Of a stretch of 64,000 nucleotides of DNA, positions 10,156-17,947 are shown piece by piece. This DNA is from an uncultured Spirochaetia bacterium (GTDB lineage Bacteria; Desulfobacterota_D; UBA1144; Nemesobacterales; JADFKM01), in the NCBI GenBank assembly GCA_964639895.1, contig CAZXEJ010000003.1, forward strand, positions 5,361 to 69,360, given 5' to 3'. Made by a program: the position numbers and the translations under genes. The notes under the pieces were generated by a model that searched no databases, was not told the origin of the DNA, and saw only the letters and a program-made list of their open reading frames with translations. Within the stretch, counting starts at the first letter, position 1. The number at the start of each line of letters is the position of its first letter.

Positions 10156-11391
10156 ATGGAAGGGTGTGAGGTTCTCATAGTGGGCTGCGGAATAATCGGC
10201 CTTACGGTCGCCCGCGAGCTCGTAGCACGCGGCGCCGGTCGCGTGGTGCTGGTCGAGAAGGAGGCGCGTGCCGGTGCTCACGCGAGCGGCCGCAACAGCG
10301 GTGTTCTGCATGCCGGGGTCTACTATTCGCCGGGAACGCTCAAGGCGAGGTTCTGTGTAGAGGGCAACCGCCTACTAAAGGCGTATTGCAGGGAACGTGG
10401 CCTTGCACTTGACGGGTGTGGCAAGGTGATCGTGGCGAAAGACGGCTCCGAGGCCGAGCGCCTTGACGAGATACGCCGCAGGGCCGTGGCGGGGGGGGCG
10501 ACCGTAAGGATGGTGGATGAAGCGGAGTTACGCCACATCGAGCCACATGCCCTCACTTGTGAGAGGGCACTCTATTGCCCAGAGACCGCCGTGGTCGAGC
10601 CGCGTCAGATAGTCGATTCCCTCGTCGCCGAGCTCAAGGCGACGGGCCGGGTCGAGGTGCGCTACGGAACGCGTTTCCTTGCCCCCGCGGGGGCTGGCAC
10701 GGCCCGCCTCAGCTCTGGACGGATCGCCTACGACTATCTGGTCAACGCTGCTGGCGTCTACGCCGATGCCGTGGCGCACTCCTTCTCGGTGGGCCTCAAC
10801 TACGCGATCGTCCCCTTCAAGGGCACGTACCGCCGCTTGAGCGACGCTGCGGCTCGTCTCGTCCGGGGCAACATCTATCCCGTCCCCGACCTGCGCAACC
10901 CCTTTCTCGGTGTGCACTTCACGCGCAGTATAAGCGGCGACGTGTATGTGGGGCCCAACGCGCTGCCGGTGCTCGGCCGTGAGCACTACGGCCTGGTGAG
11001 AGGGGTTTCGGGCGAATCGCTTCTCATTGTATGGCGGAACCTGCTTCTAGCCCTCTCGGATCCCGGCTACCGGGCTGCCGCCTTGGCAGAGGCCGCCAAG
11101 CTTTGGCCGGGCGCCCTGGTGCGGCAGCTGCGCCGTATGGTGCCGGCCTTGTCCTCGCACGACGTGCTGCCCTCGCCCAAGGCCGGTATAAGGGCGCAGC
11201 TGGTCGACCTTAGGAGCAGGAGGCTGGTGCACGATTTCGTCGTAATAAAGCGCGGCCGCACGGTGCACGTGTTGAACGCCGTATCACCGGCCTTTACGTG
11301 TTCGATGGCCTTCGCCCCCTGGGTGGCGGACGTGCTGGAGGACGATTCGGTCGCAAACGACGCTGAGCTCGCGCCGTCGTCCTCGTCCTGA
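10156..11391 (+). CDS. lhgO: FAD-dependent L-2-hydroxyglutarate oxidase/dehydrogenase family protein
   Basis: N-terminal Rossmann dinucleotide motif VLIVGCGIIGLTVARELV...VLVEKE, ...GRNSGVLHAGVYY... characteristic of LhgO/YgaF family; 411 aa. Confidence 0.8.
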   Translation: MEGCEVLIVGCGIIGLTVARELVARGAGRVVLVEKEARAGAHASGRNSGVLHAGVYYSPGTLKARFCVEGNRLLKAYCRERGLALDGCGKVIVAKDGSEAERLDEIRRRAVAGGATVRMVDEAELRHIEPHALTCERALYCPETAVVEPRQIVDSLVAELKATGRVEVRYGTRFLAPAGAGTARLSSGRIAYDYLVNAAGVYADAVAHSFSVGLNYAIVPFKGTYRRLSDAAARLVRGNIYPVPDLRNPFLGVHFTRSISGDVYVGPNALPVLGREHYGLVRGVSGESLLIVWRNLLLALSDPGYRAAALAEAAKLWPGALVRQLRRMVPALSSHDVLPSPKAGIRAQLVDLRSRRLVHDFVVIKRGRTVHVLNAVSPAFTCSMAFAPWVADVLEDDSVANDAELAPSSSS

Positions 11392-11795
11392 GGTGTCGGT
11401 GCCGAGGAGGCTTCCATGGTTAGGGAAGCGGTTGTAGGAGAGAAAGTCGGCTCGGTGTGGTGTCCGGGGTGTGTGGCGTCTCAGGGAGCGTGGCCGCCGC
11501 CCCCTCGCAAGCGGCGGCCACGCTCAGGGCGCTTTGACGTCACGGTATCGTTTGCGGGGGGAGGAATAAAAAAGGACTGTCTCGCCTCTAGCTTCAAGAC
11601 ACCCCTTTCTTGTTTAAGGAGGATGGAAGTCATGTTAAGCTGGATTTTTAACTTACACTATCAAAATAAAGTAAACAGCTTAAGTTGTCAACCCCCTAGC
11701 CCGTTTTCTGCATTTGTCCCGGTGGTAGACGCTCCTCGGTACCGGGGTAGCCTGTGATGGAAGACATCTTAACAATGGTTGACTGCGCCTGGCAG

Positions 11796-11828
11796 GGCCG
11801 GCCGTGCTCGGCGTAGACGTCTTTTTTC
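11796..11828 (+). terminator. Terminator-like element: GGCCGGCC palindrome, short GCCG/CGGC hairpin, AGACGTCT palindrome followed by T6
   Basis: ggccggccgtgctcggcgtagacgtcttttttc inside low-GC island downstream of small SD-led ORF 11632-11757. Confidence 0.3.
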
Positions 11829-11961
11829 AACGTCCTCCACTCGTGCAGGCGGGGGGTGGATGCAGCGCGCTGTGGCCTCGGGTTGGGGTGGGGGGCCGAG
11901 GATGGGGTTTCCTATCGGTGGTGCACATACCACTTGAGGACACAGGGAGGGTCGGGTGCGG

Positions 11962-11982
11962 TTGATAAGGAGTCCTTATCAA
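11962..11982. promoter_or_regulatory. Perfect 21-bp palindrome (TTGATAAGGA-g-TCCTTATCAA), candidate operator overlapping a TTGATA -35-like hexamer
   Basis: 10-bp arms, 1-nt spacer, exact reverse complement; lies approximately 70 bp upstream of ATG 12050; TTAATC/TAATCT -10-like hexamer 16-17 nt downstream of TTGATA. Confidence 0.4.
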
Positions 11983-12049
11983 GTTAATCTCATAATTGGA
12001 TCCTGCTCCGCGTAGAGCGCCCAATCCCGCTTCCAGGCAGAGGTGACCA

Positions 12050-12331
12050 ATGGTCCAATACGGCAAGAAAGTCGATACGAACGAACACGGCATAGTTGAC
12101 CCGTTCATGTTCAACATCAAGGCAGAAGAGTGCGATCTAATCGAGCTTGCAGCTCGCAACACCGGTGTGGAAATAGAGATAAGGGACGAGGCCGTATCTC
12201 AAAGGGGCGAGCCGTTGGCGGGATACATAGCGGTCTACAGCAAGGGGCCCCAGGGGCCCGAACACGCGAGGTTCCTTACCGAGTACAGACGCCTGGTTTC
12301 GAAGAAGCAGAAGCGTTCCCATTGGAGGTAA
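12050..12331 (+). CDS. Hypothetical protein (93 aa) encoded in low-GC island
   Basis: GAGGTGA RBS 4 nt before ATG; protein-like composition (MVQYGKKVDTNEHGIVDPFMFNIKAEECDLIELAARNTGVEIEIRDE...KKQKRSHWR); local GC approximately 52% versus approximately 67% genome. Confidence 0.5.
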   Translation: MVQYGKKVDTNEHGIVDPFMFNIKAEECDLIELAARNTGVEIEIRDEAVSQRGEPLAGYIAVYSKGPQGPEHARFLTEYRRLVSKKQKRSHWR

Positions 12332-13806
12332 CGCCGCTGCCTGTGTAGTGGCGGTAGGATGGCGCCGCAACTCCCCGGTATCACTGTTTGCGGCTGTTAC
12401 CCGTGGAGGAGGCGCTCTTTGGCTGGGTCGGCCGGCATGGTGGTTCCGTGGCCAGCGGGCATGTTGGTGGGGTGTCTCTACAGTCGTCCCTTGCGGTGGA
12501 TAAAGTCGCTTCGCCGAGTGTAGCCGTAGGTGGACGCGCTTGTTGCGCAACGCCTCAGGCGCGCAGTTCACGGACTCGGCTCCCTCCACTGGTCGGCGCT
12601 GGGGGATGTTCCTCGAACCACTGCACACCGCACCGAGTCGGGGGGCTCGGGCGAGGATGGATGGGCATCGGGGACTATATCGTTGTGGGCACGGAGGCCA
12701 TCGCGGTGGCGGAGCGCCGTATAAGGTTCTTTAGGCCGCGGCTGTTGATACCGCTTCTCGGTGTTGGCTGCTGCGAGGGCCGTTTCGTAGAATCCATTCT
12801 ACCTGGCCCGCCGCTTCGCCCTAGGCAGGCGTGTCTCCGCTTCATTGCTCCGTTACGGCGCCTCCTCCGCTGGTCGTACCGACTCCCCGTCCCTCACGGC
12901 CAGGCGCGCTGTGTGGCTGCATTCGTCCCCGACGTCCGCCTCGAGACCCCTTTGCTTGGCGGATCCCTCTCCTGCAAGTGGCCCGCCGTAGTGGTACCCT
13001 CGACCCCAGCCGGGATGTCGAGCCAACCTGCGGGCCCACGTGTAGCCGAATGTATGGACGCTGCAGACCTTCCCGGGTGCTGGTCCGCGTCCGTCGCCTC
13101 TGAGGTCCATCCCGCAACACTACCGCGCGTCCCGGGGCTGAACAACCATCCACGGTGCTCGCTCGTAAGAGGCGCCCTTACTCAACCGGTCTCAGGGAGG
13201 GCGGTTGGAGGGATAGGCCCTACGTTCCGGCGTGTCCCTGTTGTGGGGCAGCCTGCGTGCGAGCACGAAGCGTGCTGGAGTTGTGGGTGAGCCGGTCCCG
13301 ATGGGAAGATGACGGGACGGGCGGCGTTCTCAAGGGGGGAATGGGATGATCCCTCGCGACGCTCGATGTCCACTCCGGCTTCTCTCAGAGGGTCGCATGG
13401 CGTCTACACTTCTTAGGGGAGTGCTCACATCTCAGGTACCGGGTTGGTACGGGTGGGGCATACGCCCGGGCGGGACGCGTGTCACTTCTTGGAGAAGGCG
13501 GATCCGGCACCTCGCTATACCCTGCTTACCGCGCGGCGGCGTATCGTCGTATACGGGGTAGTGCCGCCACCCCCCCGGCAGGTCAGTGGTTAGAGTAACC
13601 CGCATTATTAGAGGAGTGCCCGCAACAACGGCTCAGTTGGCTCCGTCTCGTCGCACGGGGGTCTGCGCCTCCGCCGTGGTGGAGCCTGCGTGGCCCAACG
13701 CTCGGCTTCTTGGTTTACCCATCCGTAGTGGGTAAAATGGGTGTAGCCGCGCGCCGCCGCCCGGCCGGGGGCCGCGCAACCTGAGCCCAAGGAGCGTGGT
13801 ACAAGG

Positions 13807-14559
13807 TTGAAGATCTGTACGTTGGCCAGCGGGAGTTCCGGCAATTCCCTCCTCGTCGAGAGCGGTTCTACGAAGGTGCTTGTGGACGCAGGTCTCAGTC
13901 TGCGCCAACTCACCCGCAGGCTCGGCCGGCTGGGGGTGACGCTCGGTGAGTTGGACGCCGTGCTACTTACGCACGAGCACCACGACCACAGCCGCGGCGT
14001 TCCATCGTTGCCGGTTCCCGTCTACGTGTCGGCTGCGACCGAGTCGCTCTGGTGCGGGCAGGTACCGAGGCTTGCGTTGTTCGAGACCGGCACCCCGTTC
14101 GAGGTGGGCGAGATCACGGTGACACCCTTCCCCGTGCCCCACGACGCCGCCGACCCGGTGGGCTTTACGCTAGAGGCGGGGGGCGTCAAGCTGGGGGTGG
14201 TGACCGATATCGGATCGGTCACCAACGTCGTAAGGGAGCGGTTGCGCGGCTCGCAGGCGATCGTCGTCGAGTTCAATCACGACGAGAAACTGCTCAGCTA
14301 CGGCCCCTACCCGTGGGAGCTCAAGCAGCGCATCCAGAGCCGGCACGGACACCTCTCGAACAGCCAGGCCGCCTCGCTCGTACGCGACCTGTTGCACGAC
14401 GACCTGCGGCACCTGGTGCTGGCCCATCTGAGCAAGGTCAACAACGCCGAATCCATAGCCGTCGAGGCAGCGCTCAAGGTGCTGATCGACGAGGGGGCGT
14501 CGTTCGTCGACGTCACCATCGCACCGAAGGACCGTTTGGGAGAGGTACTGGAGTTTTGA
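13807..14559 (+). CDS. MBL-fold metallo-hydrolase (metallo-beta-lactamase superfamily)
   Basis: TTG start; MKICTLASGSSGNSLLVESGSTKVLVDAGLS...LLTHEHHDHSRG (HxHxDH zinc motif); stop overlaps purB TTG start. Confidence 0.8.
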   Translation: MKICTLASGSSGNSLLVESGSTKVLVDAGLSLRQLTRRLGRLGVTLGELDAVLLTHEHHDHSRGVPSLPVPVYVSAATESLWCGQVPRLALFETGTPFEVGEITVTPFPVPHDAADPVGFTLEAGGVKLGVVTDIGSVTNVVRERLRGSQAIVVEFNHDEKLLSYGPYPWELKQRIQSRHGHLSNSQAASLVRDLLHDDLRHLVLAHLSKVNNAESIAVEAALKVLIDEGASFVDVTIAPKDRLGEVLEF

Positions 14560-15848
14560 TCAAGCGATACACACGGCCCGAGATGGCCAAGATATGGGAC
14601 GATAAGTCCAAGTACGAATACTGGTTGCGCGTAGAGCTGGCCGTATGCGACGCCTGGGCGCGCGAGGGGCGCATACCGCGCAAGGCGCTGAAGGTGATAA
14701 AGGAGAAGGCCGCCTTCGACGTGGCAAGGATCGAGGAGCTGGAGAAGACGGTCAAGCACGACGTCATAGCGTTCCTTACGGCGGTGGCCGAGAAGGTGGG
14801 CGAGGACGCCCGCTTCATACACCTCGGCCTCACCTCGTCGGACGTGCTCGATACGGCGTTCGCCCTCCAGCTGCGCGACGCCGCCGCCATAATCATCGGT
14901 GACATTGAGGCCGTAATGGGGGTGCTCAAGAAGCTCGCCTTCCGCTACAAGCTCACCCCCATGGTCGGCCGTACGCACGGCGTCCATGCCGAGCCCACGA
15001 CGGCGGGGCTCGTGTTCGCACTGTGGTACGACGAGATGCGCCGTGCACTCGAGCGTATGACGAGGGCAAGCGAGGTTGTAAGCGTGGGCAAGATTTCGGG
15101 CGCCGTCGGCACCTACGCCAACGTCCCTCCCTCGGTCGAAGAGCGCGCCTTGAAGGCGCTGGGTCTGAAGCCCGTGAGAATATCCACCCAGATCGTACAA
15201 CGCGACGTGCACGCCGAGTACTTCGCCATGTTGGCCCTGGTTGCGGCCGCCGTCGAGAAGATAGCTCTACAGGTGCGGCACTTCCAGAGGACCGAGGTGC
15301 TGGAGATCGAGGAGCCGTTCGTCGAGGGACAAAAGGGGTCGTCGGCAATGCCCCACAAGCGCAACCCCATACTTTCCGAGAACCTGTGCGGCGTGGCCCG
15401 CCTGGTGCGCTCCTATCTGGGGCCGGCGCTCGAAGACATAGCGCTGTGGCACGAGCGCGACATAAGCCATTCCTCCGTGGAGAGGGTGATAGCCCCGGAC
15501 GGCACCATACTGGTCGACTTCATGTTACGCCGCCTCAAAGGGGTGCTCGAGGGGTTGAACGTCTATCCGGAGAACATGGAGCGCAATCTCTGGCTCACGC
15601 ACGGCCTCATCTTCTCTCAGAAGGTGCTGCTCAAGCTCATCGAGAAGGGCATGACGCGTGAACGCGCCTATGAATGCGTGCAGCGCAACGCAATGAAGTG
15701 TTGGAGCGAGAAAGTGAGTTTCCAAGACCTGCTAGCCCTCGACCCCGATGTCACAAGCCGGCTGAGCGAGCGCGAGCTGGAGGACTGTTTCCGGGTAGGC
15801 GAGGAGTTCAAGTACGTGGACTACATCTTCAGACGCGTCTTCTCCTGA
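14556..15848 (+). CDS. purB: Adenylosuccinate lyase
   Basis: N-terminus LIKRYTRPEMAKIWDDKSKYEYWLRVELAVCDAW matches PurB (B. subtilis-type MIERYSRPEM...); fumarate-lyase signature GSSAMPHKRNP; long ORF-track entry 14052-15848 is an upstream extension in this frame. Confidence 0.9.
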   Translation: MIKRYTRPEMAKIWDDKSKYEYWLRVELAVCDAWAREGRIPRKALKVIKEKAAFDVARIEELEKTVKHDVIAFLTAVAEKVGEDARFIHLGLTSSDVLDTAFALQLRDAAAIIIGDIEAVMGVLKKLAFRYKLTPMVGRTHGVHAEPTTAGLVFALWYDEMRRALERMTRASEVVSVGKISGAVGTYANVPPSVEERALKALGLKPVRISTQIVQRDVHAEYFAMLALVAAAVEKIALQVRHFQRTEVLEIEEPFVEGQKGSSAMPHKRNPILSENLCGVARLVRSYLGPALEDIALWHERDISHSSVERVIAPDGTILVDFMLRRLKGVLEGLNVYPENMERNLWLTHGLIFSQKVLLKLIEKGMTRERAYECVQRNAMKCWSEKVSFQDLLALDPDVTSRLSERELEDCFRVGEEFKYVDYIFRRVFS

Positions 15849-16651
15849 GTGCAGGGCGTGGAAGGGGCCTGCTTCCAGCCGTACCCCCCGCGGTCCCTTC
15901 CGGTGTGGCTTCCGCCACCCCCCCTGACTCGTGGTATGACGCCCGCTGCCATGGGGGCCCGCGCCTGCGACACCCCCTGCGGCGCCCTGACTCCACCGCA
16001 CCCCGGCCGTCCCTCCCTGCTCTCAGTCCCCTGACACCTGCCCCACGGCCGCGACAGGCCCCGACCCCACGTGTGGTTCCCCCCGCCGCTTGGATGGTTG
16101 CCGTCCCTCCACACCGCTGCCACCCCGCCCCCCGTACCGATGTCTGTTCTCCCCATGGAGGTAGCCCATCCCGCCTCCCCGCGGCTCAGTTGCACTCTCC
16201 ATCTTTAGAAGGGCGTGCTGATGGGCGCCGCTTCTCCCCTCCAGCTCACCCGGCCTGTCCGGCAAGGGCCGTGCTACTCCCTCCAACTCTTGCGGGGTGG
16301 GCTGGTCATCGTGCGTCTTTACGCCGCCGGGGCGTTTCCCAACCCCCTCCAACCTTGCGCACGAGAACCCCGGCGCAGGCATGCATCCCCCTCTCTGCAG
16401 TTGTCTCCTTCCCCGACCGGCATGACCCCGCCGCACTTCCGCTCCGTTGCTCCGTCACTCTCCTCGGACGGTCGGGCTCCCAGCACCGGCGGCCGTCTCC
16501 ACCCGGATCCGGAGCTGCGTCCCTCCCTTGCATGCCGCGTTGCTGCGCGCGGCCTGCGGGGTGCGCAGCGGACTTTGTTCGAGTAGAATATCTTTCATCC
16601 CATACCTCGTCCCCGTCCCGAGGCGGGGAGTGTCGGTCGGGGGAGATTCCC

Positions 16652-17263
16652 ATGGATAAGCCCAGGAAAACCGCAACGTTTCTGGTCGTGGCCGTCCTCG
16701 TCGTGATAGTCGCCTACTGGGGCTACACGACCTACGTGAGCCGTAGCGTGTTCGCCGGTACGCCCATGAGCGGAGCCGTCGACGACTTCGCACTCACGGC
16801 CCAGGACGGCCGGACGGTGAGGCTCAGCGATTTCCGGGACAAGGTAGTGCTCGTATTCTTCGGTTACACGAACTGTCCCGACGTCTGTCCTTCCACGCTG
16901 ACGAAGCTGCACCGCGCCGTGGGCATGCTGGGGGCGCTGGCCGACCACGTGCAGGTGCTGTTCATAACGGTAGACCCACGCCGCGACACGCCCGCCGTCC
17001 TTGCCGACTACGTGGGCCGTTTCGATCCGTCGTTCCTCGGCCTTACGGGCACCCAGGCCCAGGTGGCGCAGGCCATCTCAAGGGTCGGCGTGTTCTACGA
17101 GGACGTGCCCGTCGCCGGAAGGGACGGCGGCCGCCTGGTTAATCACACGGCTTCCGTGTTCCTGCTGAGCCCCAAGGGGGAGAAATATCTGCGTTACTCC
17201 CAGGCCAACCTCGATCCCGAGCTTCTGGCCCGGGACATAAGGCTCGTGCTGCGCAGGTTCTGA
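16652..17263 (+). CDS. SCO1/SenC family copper chaperone (thioredoxin fold)
   Basis: ATG 16652 MDKPRKTATFLVVAVLVVIV (TM anchor) ...VVLVFFGYTNCPDVCPSTL (CxxxC) ...; ORF-track 15674-17263 is an in-frame stop-free extension through C-rich DNA. Confidence 0.85.
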   Translation: MDKPRKTATFLVVAVLVVIVAYWGYTTYVSRSVFAGTPMSGAVDDFALTAQDGRTVRLSDFRDKVVLVFFGYTNCPDVCPSTLTKLHRAVGMLGALADHVQVLFITVDPRRDTPAVLADYVGRFDPSFLGLTGTQAQVAQAISRVGVFYEDVPVAGRDGGRLVNHTASVFLLSPKGEKYLRYSQANLDPELLARDIRLVLRRF

Positions 17264-17606
17264 CCGGCCATGAGCGCCTCTTCCAGCATACCGACGCTGG
17301 TATCAGACGTCTGTGGGCGTGCCTTGGTATCGCTGCTCGTCGTGTGTGCGGCCGCCTCTTCGGCCCATGCCTCCTCGGCGGCCCTGGAGGCGAGAGGAGA
17401 CCTGGGTGCGGGAACCCCCGCCTCCGTCGAAGGTTGCAGCCCTCTACGTAGTCGTAGAGAACGAGGGGGGGAGAGCGCCGAGGATCTCATGGGTGCGTGT
17501 AGCGGCGTTGCCCGCTCGGTGGGGTTCCACTCCATGAGTATCGATGCCGACGGTGCGGTGCGGATCGTTATGGCGGTCGTACCTTGCTGGAAACGTTGGG
17601 GAAGGG

Positions 17607-17685
17607 TGGGGTGGATGACCGGATTTGAACCGGCGACCTCTGGGGCCACAACCCAGCGCTCTAACCAGACTGAGCTACACCCACC
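17607..17685 (-). tRNA. tRNA-His (anticodon GTG) with encoded G-1 and CCA
   Basis: Reverse complement reads G-GTGGGTG TA GCTC AGTCTGGTTA GAGC G CTGGG TTGTGGC CCCAG AGGTC GCCGG TTCAAAT CCGGT CATCCAC C CCA; cloverleaf folds, G-1:C73 His identity element. Confidence 0.9.
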
Positions 17686-17697
17686 ACCCGAGACGTG

Positions 17698-17771
17698 CGC
17701 GCCCTGAGGGATTCGAACCCCCGACCCACGGCTTAGAAGGCCGTTGCTCTGTCCTGCTGAGCTAAGGGCGC
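17698..17771 (-). tRNA. tRNA-Arg (anticodon TCT)
   Basis: Reverse complement GCGCCCT TA GCTC AGCAGGACA GAGC A ACGGC CTTCTAA GCCGT GGGTC GGGGG TTCGAAT CCCTC AGGGCGC G; no encoded CCA. Confidence 0.9.
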
Positions 17772-17799
17772 ATGCAAACCGTGTGGCTTTCTCTCTCGG

Positions 17800-17875
17800 T
17801 GGTCGGGGCGAGAGGACTTGAACCTCCGACCTCGGCGTCCCAAGCGCCGCGCGCTACCACCTGCGCCACGCCCCG
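17800..17875 (-). tRNA. tRNA-Pro (anticodon TGG)
   Basis: Reverse complement CGGGGCG TG GCGC AGGTGGTA GCGC G CGGCG CTTGGGA CGCCG AGGTC GGAGG TTCAAGT CCTCT CGCCCCG A CCA. Confidence 0.9.
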
Positions 17876-17947
17876 TCCGACACCCATTGAAGTATACCGA
17901 CGTTTGGTGAAACGACAAGTGCGCCGCCGCGGCCCGTCGGCGCCCGC

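Noticed and set aside
11349-11393. tmRNA-tag-like peptide ANDAELAPSSSS* (gcaaacgacgct...) suggesting an ssrA gene
   Set aside because: It is the in-frame C-terminus of the LhgO-like CDS. No tRNA-like acceptor/T-arm or pseudoknot context was found nearby. The tag does not end in LAA/VAA.
12388-13290. 300-aa ORF on plus strand (and overlapping minus-strand ORFs) in the 12.3-13.8 kb gap
   Set aside because: Translations are Arg/Pro/Gly/Cys/Trp-rich with no domain-like segments. This is typical of stop-poor high-GC non-coding DNA.
12341-13806. RNase P RNA, SRP RNA, group II intron or rRNA fragment in the large non-coding region
   Set aside because: Hallmark motifs (GGAAAGTCCGG / ACAGAACCCGGCTTA for RNase P, GGAAGGAAGCAGC for SRP, domain V consensus, rRNA blocks) were not found.
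14052-15848. 598-aa ORF spanning MBL hydrolase and purB
   Set aside because: The first 168 codons are an out-of-frame overlap of the MBL gene. PurB starts at TTG 14556, matching PurB N-termini.
15674-16651. In-frame 330-codon N-terminal extension of SCO1/SenC (ORF-track 15674-17263)
   Set aside because: The extension overlaps the purB C-terminus in another frame. It is Pro-rich only because the DNA is C-rich. SCO1 homologues start at the membrane anchor encoded from ATG 16652.
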